This document shows, piece by piece, positions 12,401 to 21,900 of a DNA stretch of 64,000 nucleotides. Within the stretch, counting starts at the first letter, position 1; each line of letters starts with the position of its first letter. The notes beneath the pieces were generated by a model, which worked only from the letters and a program-made list of their open reading frames with translations, was not told the origin of the DNA and ran no database searches. The position numbers and the translations under genes were made by a program. The stretch comes from Octopus bimaculoides. Taxonomy: Eukaryota. The stretch covers positions 106,770,460 to 106,834,459 of the forward strand of contig NC_068982.1 in assembly GCF_001194135.2 (NCBI RefSeq), read 5' to 3'.

Positions 12401-14000
12401 ATTGGTATTTAGAGGACCGATTGCAGAAGCTACCCAATTGTTTGTTAAGCATTAAACAAATTACTTTTGAGACACTCGTAATTATAACAGTGTATAATTG
12501 CAAAAGCTACAAACTGTACAAACATGCATGTGAAAAAGAAAAAAAAGAACAGCTGTAAATACACTAGACGCAATGAGTAGTTCTGGGTTGAAGACATACA
12601 AAATGTAAAGTTGCATATAGGTGCAGGCATGGCTGTGTGGTTGAGTAGTTTGCTTCCCTTGTGCCCGTGGCATGTGCAAGAACTTTCGAGCGAGATCGTA
12701 GCCAGTGCCACTGGACTGGCTCTTGTGCGAGTGGCACGTAAAATACACCATTTTGAGCGTGGCTGTTGCCAGTACCGCCTGACTGGCCTTCGTGCCGGTG
12801 GCACGTAAAAGCACCCACTACACTCTCGGAGTGGTTGGCGTTAGGAAGGGCATCCAGCTGTAGAAACTCTGCCAAATCAGATTGGAGCCTGGTGTAGCCA
12901 TCTGGTTTCACCATTCCTCAGTCAAATCGTCCAACCCATGCTAGCATGGAAAGTGGACTTTAAACGATGATGATGATGATGATGATTAAGTCATAGTGCA
13001 AGGTACCTTGGGCAAGTGTCTTTTAACTATATCACCAGGCTTACTAAAACTTAGTGAGTGTATTTGGCAAACAGAATCTGAAAGAAGCCCATTATGTGCA
13101 TGTCTCCTTGTCTTGACATCACTTGATAGTTGTAAATGAGCAACACCAATATACAAGTAGTGACCTTCATTTCCAGTCAGCTATAAAAAACATGCCTTGC
13201 CATGGAGATACAATACCTTATTTGCAAACAGGTAAATGTTAGTGACAGGAAGGGCATCTGGTTGTATAAAATTTATTTCAACAAATACCATCCAACCCAT
13301 GTAAGCATGGAAAACTAGATATTAAAACAATAATGAGGCAGTAAACTCACCCTATCAACACTCAACTCAGTGAAAGGATCATATTCAACATAATCCATCT
13401 GACTCATTGAAACTTTGTAAAGTAACAAGAAGAAAATAATCCATCCTAGAGCAAGTCCAATGTTACTGAAAAACAAGAGAAAAAATATTTCTTTTAATAT
13501 GTCATTAAGTAAGATAAAGACCAAAATATTAGAAAATAGCAGGAAGAAGACAAATGATGTGACATCAACTGAATAATGTAACCGGACTAAGAATCATGAA
13601 GAGTTGTATCATGAATTCCTTAAAGACAACAGAGATAAAGAAACTATTGTTGGCTATGTATGTCTGCCAAAACATTACATATAAGAGATAATTTAATAAT
13701 ACATTTTTACATCTCATTAAGTTACAACTGGACTGGGTTACTTGAATGTACATAGGTTTAGACTTAGCTTTTAAATTAATGGTAGTAAATAACATAGACA
13801 AAGTAACAGAGTAGAGTGATGAGGGGAAATTAGATAGAATGTGTAACAGGTAGAATTGCATACCCCCTATTGGCCAGCCTAAGAGGGGCAGGTGAGATCA
13901 GGTCCTGGCAGAGAGCACTCAAAGCCTTACATCTTGAGGAGAGGCCAACTACAAGTCAATTAAAGGAGTTGTCAATCTTAAAATTCAGTTCAATGTGTAC

Positions 14001-14031
<31 letters not shown>

Positions 14032-17000
14032 CTCTCTGAGTGGTTGGCGTTAGGAAGGGCATCCAGCTNNNNNNNNNNTAGCATGGAAAGCGGACGTTAA
14101 ACGATGATGATGATGATATATCAGGTGTCTTCTATCTCTCTTACTCCTACAATGACCTCTACTCTTTAGTACTGGCTGATTCCATGCCACTTCTTAGACA
14201 CTCCTGATTCATTCATCTGTCATTCAGCCTGTGCCTGCCATTACACATTTACTCCAGGCTCCATACAAACCACTACACACAACTCTCCTTCTCCAGACGT
14301 CATCACTCTCAAACTTCCTTGCTGTTCCCGTTATCCCTGCAGTTGTTATTTGTAACTAGCCAAGAGTAACCATAACTGCATCAATATCACCCAGTCTTGA
14401 AGGGTCTGTGAAGGCTATGGACACAGTCACTTCCTACAGTCTAATGAGACTAAAAGAAAAAGAAATGAGGTATTTTTGTGTTTCTAAATGATCTCAAACA
14501 ATTTATATAAGTGTCTAAATTTTTAGACTTATCCAACTTAAACTGCACAGAATAAGATAAAAAAGCAAAAAGACAAAAATAAAGTAGAAACTTACATCCC
14601 CTTCTGTTTGGCTTTTGTCCATGGTTCACTGACTTTTAATTGTCTTTGTTTTTCTCTGCATGGAGGGCATATACACTTTTTCTCAGTATCACTAGCACTA
14701 TCTACAATTGAAAAGAAATACCAACTCAAATAAAGTATGTGCATTGCTGTTCCATTCTGCCACAATTTCAGAAGACATACATGACACATTGGTAATTCAA
14801 AAATTAATAAACAAGACAAAAATTCCTTTTTCCATAGATGCAAACAAGGCTGTGTTGTTAAGAAGTTCACTTTGCAACCATGTTTGATCCCTCTGCATTG
14901 CACTCAGAACAGATGTCTTTGATTACAGCTTCAGGTTCATCATCATCATCATTTAACATCTGCTTTCCATGCTGGCATGGGTTGGAATGTTTGACTGAGA
15001 ACTGGTAAGCCACACCAGATTCCAATCTGATTTGGCATGGTTTCTCTGGCTGAATGCCCTTCCTAACGCCAACCACTCCAAGAGTGTAGTGGGTGCTTTT
15101 TACATGCAACTGGCATGGGTGACAGTTACATAACACTAGCATCAGCCATGACTATGATCTCACTTGCCTTGACAAGTCTTCTCAAATGTGGTATATTGCC
15201 AAAGGTCTTGGTCACTTGTCATTGCCTCTGTGAGGCCTAACGTTCAAAGAGTGCTTTTTACATGCCACTGGCACAGGTCCCAGTTACACAACACTGGCAT
15301 CAGCTTGACGGGTCTTCTCAAGCACAGCATATCACATCAGTCACTTGTCATTGCCTCCATGAGGCCCAACGTTCAAAGATCATGCTTCACCACCTCATCC
15401 TATGTGTTCCTGGGTCTACTTCTTCCACTGTTAGAGATCATCACTTCTTCACACAGCTGTCCTCAGCCAGAATTTAGTAGACAGAAACTGTGCAGAAGTT
15501 TGTCATGTGCATGTAAGGCATACCAATGTTGATGCCACTTTATGTCCAGTAACTTAGCAGTTCAACAAATAGATTTATATATAGCAGATTGAAGTATACT
15601 GATATGATCAAGTAAAAATATTTGAAGTGGATACCCAAGTATATAGGAGCAAGCATGGCTGTGTGGTATGAAGATGGCTTCCCAACCACACACCTCCAGG
15701 TTCAGTCCCATTGTATGGTATCTTGGGTGTCTTCTACTATAGCCCCAATTCGAACAATGCCTTGGAAGTGGATTTGGTAAGTGGAAACTGAAAGAAACCC
15801 AGCATGTGTGTGTGTGTGTGTGTGTGTGTGCCACAGCACCACTTGACAACCAGTGTCAATTTGTTTACATCTCCTTAACTTAGTAGTCTAGATTAAAAGA
15901 AAGACAGAATAAGTACCAGGCTTAAAAAAATAAACACTAGGGGTTGATTCCTTTAATTAAAACTCCTTCAAGGCAGTGCCCCCAGCATGGCCAGTCCAAT
16001 GACTGAAACAAGTAAAACATAAAAGATCCAATGACTGAGATCAGTAAAAGACTATGCATTATTCATCATTATCATTTTGCTATACACTTTTCCATATTTG
16101 CATGGACCAAATAAAAATTGTTGAAGCAGATTACCAATGGTCAAGTGCTTTCCCTGTCACCAACCCTCACCTGTTTCCAAGAAAGATATTTCCCCTCATC
16201 CTTTAAATATGAGCAGCATAGTGGTTTGGACATGATTTCATGGAATTGTCAACAAACACCATTTCCATCATAGTAACATTCGTTGACAAGCACATGATAT
16301 CAAAACAAGGAGAAGCAGACACACATATACAACTGGCTGCTGTCAGCTCCTGTCAACCAAATCTACTCACAAAATTGGCTTTGGATGGTTCAGACCTCTA
16401 GTAGAGAATAAGGTGTTGGGCAGTGGAAATGAACCTGAAACCACATGGCTGCAAAGTAAATTTTTTAACCACAACCATATCTATGCCCATCCACACCCGC
16501 ATTAATGATTTCAGCTGTTACTCACTAGGGTAGTGTGTAAAATCAGAAATAAATTGTCTTATGTACTACTGTATGTGAATGTTTCCATACTGTATTTTTT
16601 ATACAACCTGCAGCCTGTTCAGCACATGACAAGTTAAATGGAGACATGCCATACACTTAGCATTCAAATAAATTGTTAAAAACTTCAGATTTTCAGTTAA
16701 TTGTATCAAATGGGGAAATGGTAGCAATGGTGTACAAAAATAGCAATGGCTCTTTTACACTGGGTCACAATTATAACTTTATAGCGAAAGAAAAGTTCTT
16801 TAAGTCCATTTAACTTTTTTACTATACGAAAATAGTAAATATTGATTAAAATACTGCATATTTTATTATTTCTGAAACAATAGATACATTTTGATACCAT
16901 CTATACACACGCCAAACAATTTCTGTTGCATCGTTAAAACATTCAGCTTGTTCATTTAATATAATAGTAAAGCTTGTTTCATAGGCACAGGATTTAGAGG

Positions 17001-19866
17001 GAAATATATTGAAAAGTTAAATGAGTGTACTTGCACATGTAGCAACGTTCATCTAGGATGAGTTGAATAAACTGGACCCAGTAAAATTAAAGTATCACAT
17101 ACAGAAGCCAACCACACTTGGTATCATGGGCACCTAACACTGAGATCATCTGTTAGTCATGATTCCAAGGGCGGACAACATATATATGCAAGGACCAAAT
17201 ATAGATTCTAGATACACCTTGACCATAATAATCCATATTTTCAGTTGCTCACCTCACTACTTACACTGTCCTGCAAGTTTGCCTGTTGACAAAAGGCATG
17301 ACTGAACTAATGAAGGCACCTTTTGGACAAAATTGTTGAAGGGAATCAATCTGACAATGATGAGGAATTTGGAGCTGGACACAAAATCAGTAAAAGAGTA
17401 AACACAATGGATTCAGAAGGCAAAAGTGGTCATATATTCCCAGCCTGCATAAGTAACCACATGACTGAATGGTAATTAAGCACTTGATACTTGGGAAAAT
17501 TTGTAGCTATACATGGATCTCTGGCCAAGCTTAAAACCAGCTTTGAAGATAACAATGCAGTACACACCCAGTGAATGCTGGCAACTACCGTATATGCCAG
17601 CATATAATATGACTATGTGTACAAGATGACCCTATTTAAAAAGTGAGTTTTGAACTATACTTGCTGTATAGAAAATAGGTCAAGCACTGAAGGTGCAAAG
17701 TTCATAGCTAAAGGGGTCAAGTGAAAAGACATTGTGGCCTTCCAAGATTCCAACATGGAGTCAACCAGTAACCAAATCAGTATGGTTTTTATAGGAGCTG
17801 AGGTTGTATAGATCAAATGTTCACCTTCAAGAGAATTCTAGAACAATGTTGAAGATAGCAATAACAAACCATTTGCAGCAGCCTTTGATTCTTTTAACTG
17901 CAGCACACACACACACACACACCTGAGATCTCATATGTGCAGTTGAATTACTTGTGAAGCTACTGAATCTAATTAGGGCACACAACAGCTCTTGCAACTT
18001 GTCAAATTTCTTCCAACCATTTGAAGTTTTTCAATTTTTCCCCAGATTATTCTTTTATTAATGTTGTTCAGTAGTAATTTTACATGCTGATGATGTAAAC
18101 CGCATTCATTTCTTCTAGGAATTAATAATAAAGTTACAAACATTTAAAGTTATGCAATTTTAGCCAATCGAAAGCCTTCGTTTGGCAGGATATTGTTTGT
18201 GCTGATTTCCATTACCATGGAGATCAACACACATACAAACCTTCGACCTGCTAGAAATAGCAGCCAAATTTTCCCTAAACTATAACATAACGTCTAAAAA
18301 CCCCAAAATACGAAACATTGTGACACAGCACAGTTTATTTTCTCACTTGAAGCAGGCCCAAGAGCTTTCTACTTGTTGGGTGTTATTTAAATTAAATGAA
18401 TCTCCACTCGAATTTAAATGTTTTTTGTCGTACTCACAACACTCGAAAATTATAAACAAAGCTTAAACACCATACTTTGTTTACAATTTTACCATAGAGA
18501 TAACAAAAAGAAAGTTTATTTAATATCGATCTGTGAAAACCAGTGAAAGTTTCAAGGGTCGACCAAAAATTACACCTGTAACAATGTTTCGTCCTTTTCG
18601 TTTGGTGGTTAGACTCTATTAACAATTTTCGTAGGTTGTGAGTGGGACAAAAGATTTACATACGTGGAGATTCACTTTAACTTAAAAGTTATGAACAACA
18701 AACACTCAACAAGTAGAAAGCACTTGGGCCTGCCTCAAGGGAGGAAATAAACGGAGCTGTGGCACAATGTTTCGTCCTTCGTGCTTTTCAGACGTCATTG
18801 AAGTTTAAGGAGGATTTGGCTATGTCAAGCAGGTCGAGAATCATGTAAAGGTTTGTGTGAAGATCAGCATAAATATGCTGCCAAAAGGAGACTGACAATT
18901 GGCTAAAATTATATAAGCTTGTAACTTTTAAAAATAATTTGGTGAAAATTTTAAAAACTTCAATTAGTTGGAAGAAATTTAACAAGCTCTACATGAGCAA
19001 ATGTCCGCTGTTAAGATGAAGAACCTGATTCCTTCAAAATTTGTTCTCATGTACAGCAGGTATGTTTTCTATCTCCACTGCTCTTCAACTGTTGACTGAA
19101 TCACAGAGTCGGTATAGTTACTAAATCTAGAGGACTGTCCCGGTGCCACTATTGGACACGATTTGAAAATCAATGCAGTCAAGACAAAGGTTTTATTTGC
19201 AAACATCTCACTCTGTATTAAAAAAGCCCTTCCAATATTGAATGTCAAAATTCTGGATGAGGTTGATCAATTCACATACTGTGGTGCTATTTTCACTACC
19301 ATAGGCTGCATTCTATCTAGAGAATGATATTTTAAATGTCAAATCGTCCTTACAAGACTAGACATTGGCATAAAAGGTCTCTCAATGAAGATGAGCCTTC
19401 ATAATAACATTTTCACTACAAAAGAATATATATATATATATACAAAGCCCAACCACGTTTGATGGTGACAATGCATCTAAGATCGCCAAAACATCATGTC
19501 AAAGTCTAGTTTTACTTGTCAGTGCCAAGACAATCAGTTAACACACTCTCCACAGAACATCACTACCCCCACACACAAAGCCCAAAATTTCTTCTCCCTC
19601 TGCTCTTTTGTTCCTCTGAACAACTCCTGCTTTCCGAAATCTGCCTATCCACATTTTCACCACACTTAAGTCAATAAGATTTCAAGCTAGACATCAACTA
19701 GATCAACCTGACCAGTCTGGGTGCGTTTGAACATATCATGCACGAGGTTCTTTCTCTTCAGACTTTTTGTAAAAAGCCCAAGATAAGGATGATTGGAATC
19801 CCATTACTTTAGGTAGGTGTCTTATCTTAATAGACCTTTACAGAAGACTAATGTCGATTTAGTCGG

Positions 19867-19921
<55 letters not shown>

Positions 19922-20686
19922 GCTGTTGATAAATAAGCAATGTTTCTAACTTCAACTCTATGCAAAGTCGTAAAATAAACTTCAACGTCACCAAGATGTA
20001 GACAATTCACCTAAGATTTAACAAAACTTTTCACCAAGTAAACTGAAGAAATTAAGATAGTCTCTCCTTTGAGCTTTCATAGAAGTTTGTTTTTTTATGT
20101 AGTTTCCAGATTAAAACAACTAATTAAATTATCATAAACTGTGATTTAATTTACTGATTTTATTGATATTAACGGAACGTATTTCCAAATACACGGTTTA
20201 ACTTATGAAATTCATCATTTGGATCTTTTTTAAAACGGGGGCCACATTTTTCATTAACGAAACACTTTGAAACTTGGAATACTGGTAGAATGTGTCATAT
20301 AAAACATCATTTTCTCTTAGTCTTCTTAAAAAAAAACGAAGCTATGGAAATTAAATACGCTTTACATCGCTTAATCAGCCAAAGGAGTAAATATAAACAA
20401 CTGAATACTTGTCAGTGATTGGTTGAAATTATCGAAATAAGGCAATTTTTTACATGAAATAAATTCGAATACAAAAATATTTTTCTGTTCTATAACACAA
20501 AATAGATAAGTATACGAAGTTTGAAAGTCTTCCGGTACCAAAAACACTACGTAAAACATTAATGAAAAATGTGGCCCCCGTTTTAAAAAAGATCCCATCA
20601 TTTCTTTGTATGGTGAAAATTAAATCGTTAGAAAACGCCGGTTTCAATTTTTTTTTTTAATTATCGACATAAATTATTGCGTGTTT

Positions 20687-20724
<38 letters not shown>

Positions 20725-21692
20725 AACGTTAATTAAACATTGCATAATTACAATGAGACGAAAAATAAGCATAGAACTTATGATCAGCAAACACAGAAAT
20801 ATAGATTCAGTTAATGAAAGATTCCCCAAGTTCATTTTTTTCACGTTTTTTTTTAAAATCAAATGTTCTCAAATTAACAACGACAGATTTAAAAATCCAT
20901 CGCTTTCATAAACACAGCTGTTGACATTTTCCAGCGATTGATAAAAATCCTGACGTGTCCATGGGAAAACTTTCTAATCTGGTTCTCGAAAGACGACTTT
21001 TGAGATTCTATTTAAGAAATCGTATAATCAAACGACAGAGATCTTTGTACATATAAATTATTCTTTCCATCTGTTGAGTATGTTATTTGTAATAAATAAT
21101 GTAAACAAGTAGTTTTAATTCAAATCAGCTATTTAGTTTACCATACGTAAACAAAAATACAGGCATACTGTTCTACTAAGATAATAAATACAAATTTCCA
21201 ATAAGGTATTAAATTATAGGAAAGGATAAATGAGTAATTATTATTATTTATAATTGTGATTCATTCAACATTGTTTGGGTGGAATTAAAAGCATGTCGAG
21301 ACGGAAATGGAATTAACGCTCAGCAGAAATTACAAAATGCTTTATGTAATATATTTAAAAAAATTTTTTTTTGAAGATTCATTGAAATTTTCAATATAGA
21401 ATATGACTTATAAAAAACGCAAATAAAAATAAGACAGGACATATATTCGGTATACGAAAATAAGTGTAAATGAAATGTCTTAACTGACACGTATGTATCG
21501 AAAGGGTTGTGATTAAAGAGTTTTGTTTGAAGGAAAAATATGATTAAACGTATATTGAGTAAACTGACCTTTCTTTGAACTACGAGGCCACAGATAACAT
21601 GTAGCTGGAAAAAGAACTAAAAACCAAAAAGAGAGTAAAAAATAATAAAATGTTCCTCCCTGTTCATCATACTCAAAATGCATGCCCGCCAT
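327..21692 (-). CDS. SEC63: Translocation protein SEC63 homolog, spliced, 3'-partial (11 exons, 1066 nt CDS in window; continues past coordinate 1)
   Basis: Exons 21569-21692, 14596-14701, 13351-13465, 10523-10638, 10188-10249, 9731-9789, 6911-6961, 5646-5754, 5082-5176, 1469-1604 and 327-419 join in frame across GT-AG introns. The product begins [22 protein letters not shown], has a J-domain HPD (YHPDR), then [29 protein letters not shown] and [10 protein letters not shown]. These motifs and the exon sizes match vertebrate SEC63 as I recall it. Confidence 0.97.
1469..1604 (-). CDS. SEC63: SEC63 exon 10 (136 nt; Sec63/Brl domain)
   Basis: cag/gtaagc; [45 protein letters not shown]. Confidence 0.95.
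1994..2712 (-). mobile_element. 5'-truncated RTE LINE 3' end (ORF C-terminus, 3'UTR with ~65-bp tandem units, (GAT)n tail)
   Basis: Reverse strand encodes [33 protein letters not shown], the RTE ORF terminus; five ~65-bp units at ~2170-2490; (CAT)n at the left end. Confidence 0.85.
2725..3564 (+). mobile_element. RTE LINE internal fragment joined to a 3' end with (GAT)n tail
   Basis: [17 protein letters not shown]...KAAGPSGIT (linker/RT start); from ~3236 the 3'UTR, ending gttaaacgatgatgatg at 3564. Confidence 0.85.
3856..4026. repeat. Compound (TA)n/(CA)n microsatellite
   Basis: Direct reading; similar tracts at ~5779-5823, 7674-7735, 9413-9456, 19868-19918, 20689-20722, 32322-32420 and 40036-40083. 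Confidence 0.97.
5082..5176 (-). CDS. SEC63: SEC63 exon 9 (95 nt)
   Basis: aag/gtatgt; [32 protein letters not shown]. Confidence 0.95.
5646..5754 (-). CDS. SEC63: SEC63 exon 8 (109 nt)
   Basis: cag/gtgagt; [36 protein letters not shown]. Confidence 0.96.
5824..6200. mobile_element. pogo/Tigger-like MITE fragment with three 30-bp tandem repeats (5841-5930)
   Basis: tagtaatccctcgcc resembles the cagtaatccctcg-type TIR; unit atattgcggttcacctatcgtacactcagt x3; right end not found. Confidence 0.4.
6911..6961 (-). CDS. SEC63: SEC63 exon 7 (51 nt; TM3)
   Basis: tag/gtaagt; [17 protein letters not shown]. Confidence 0.95.
7732..8564 (+). mobile_element. Penelope-like element relic (GIY-YIG endonuclease) between ~190-bp inverted repeats
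   Basis: 7921-8355 reads LTKARF...KCGDP*CGTC...[29 protein letters not shown]...H...CSDHL...[17 protein letters not shown]; IRs at 7732-7922 and 8375-8564. Confidence 0.85.
8565..9400 (-). mobile_element. RTE LINE fragment (linker plus N-terminal RT)
   Basis: ORF 9130->8565: [56 protein letters not shown]; same family as 2725-3240. Confidence 0.92.
9731..9789 (-). CDS. SEC63: SEC63 exon 6 (59 nt)
   Basis: tag/gtaagt; [20 protein letters not shown]. Confidence 0.96.
9961..10052. repeat. 30-bp minisatellite x3 in SEC63 intron 5
   Basis: taatcttatacacattacaaaaaccagata repeated at 9961, 9991 and 10021. Confidence 0.9.
10188..10249 (-). CDS. SEC63: SEC63 exon 5 (62 nt)
   Basis: tag/gtatat; [20 protein letters not shown]. 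Confidence 0.96.
10523..10638 (-). CDS. SEC63: SEC63 exon 4 (116 nt; J domain with HPD)
   Basis: aag/gtaagt; [38 protein letters not shown]. Confidence 0.95.
10780..12300 (-). mobile_element. Old CR1/L2-like LINE relic
   Basis: Degenerate YADDST-like ([11 protein letters not shown]) and FN..K.Q RT motifs at 11375-11632; HFANSF...SGIP..IF..K C-terminal motif at ~10830-10930; left and right limits approximate. Confidence 0.5.
12662..12986 (+). mobile_element. Young RTE 3'-end copy inserted into a tRNA-type SINE (SINE parts ~12618-12661 and 12987-13110)
   Basis: ~96% identical to the copies at 45543 and 41934; (GAT)n tail; the SINE head ggctgtgtgg... resumes as gtaccttgggcaagtg after the tail. 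Confidence 0.8.
13351..13465 (-). CDS. SEC63: SEC63 exon 3 (115 nt; TM2)
   Basis: cag/gtgagt; [38 protein letters not shown]. Confidence 0.95.
14069..14078. other. Assembly gap (10 N) inside an RTE 3'-end copy (14031-14117)
   Basis: The N run replaces roughly 85 bp present in the other copies, so 10 is probably a placeholder length. Confidence 0.95.
14596..14701 (-). CDS. SEC63: SEC63 exon 2 (106 nt)
   Basis: tag/gtaagt sites, phase 1->2; [35 protein letters not shown]. Confidence 0.9.
14938..15425 (-). mobile_element. RTE LINE 3' end with duplicated ORF-terminal segment
   Basis: Reverse strand [27 protein letters not shown]; the ...gtcacttgtcattgcctc... block occurs twice (~15170-15250 and ~15310-15390). 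Confidence 0.85.
17700..19300 (+). mobile_element. Old RTE-like RT relic interrupted by a foldback element
   Basis: [20 protein letters not shown] at ~17770-17850; removing 17993-18990 rejoins [39 protein letters not shown]; then [10 protein letters not shown] and VDQFTYCG. Confidence 0.75.
17993..18984. mobile_element. ~1-kb foldback/MITE-like element (long imperfect palindrome)
   Basis: Arms ~17998-18460 and ~18625-18986 are reverse-complementary along most of their length; AGCTCT direct repeat at 17987-17992 and 18985-18990. Confidence 0.8.
20221..20595. mobile_element. Non-autonomous DNA transposon (MITE), 37-bp perfect TIRs, 8-bp TSD
   Basis: TIR ggatcttttttaaaacgggggccacatttttcattaa at 20221-20257 with its exact reverse complement at 20559-20595; CATCATTT at 20213-20220 and 20596-20603. 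Confidence 0.93.
21569..21692 (-). CDS. SEC63: SEC63 exon 1 (124 nt; start codon, TM1)
   Basis: aaagATGG start; [41 protein letters not shown]; donor gtcagt. Confidence 0.95.
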
Positions 21693-21900
21693 CTTTTATG
21701 GTGGGGATGGAGGTGGAGGAACTTATAACTCCGCAGTTTCCTCCTGTTCCGGACTTTAAAACCCTACTCGCAATTAAAAGTTGTTGCTTTTTTCTTTTCT
21801 CTTTCTCTTCTCGCGAGAAAAAAATTTGATTCGATTCATAACAATTAATTAAAGAATAACTGCAGATATCAAATAGCTGCAATATTCGAAATAATATTTC
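21693..21900 (-). promoter_or_regulatory. SEC63 5'UTR/core promoter with TCTCGCGAGA palindrome (21809-21818) and ETS-like TTCCGG
   Basis: Locally CpG-enriched stretch directly upstream of the ATG; motifs read directly from the sequence. Confidence 0.5.

Noticed and set aside
21673-21882. ORF overlapping the SEC63 start as a regulatory uORF
   Set aside because: It starts at TTG, is out of frame, and probably begins upstream of the TSS; there is no supporting signal.
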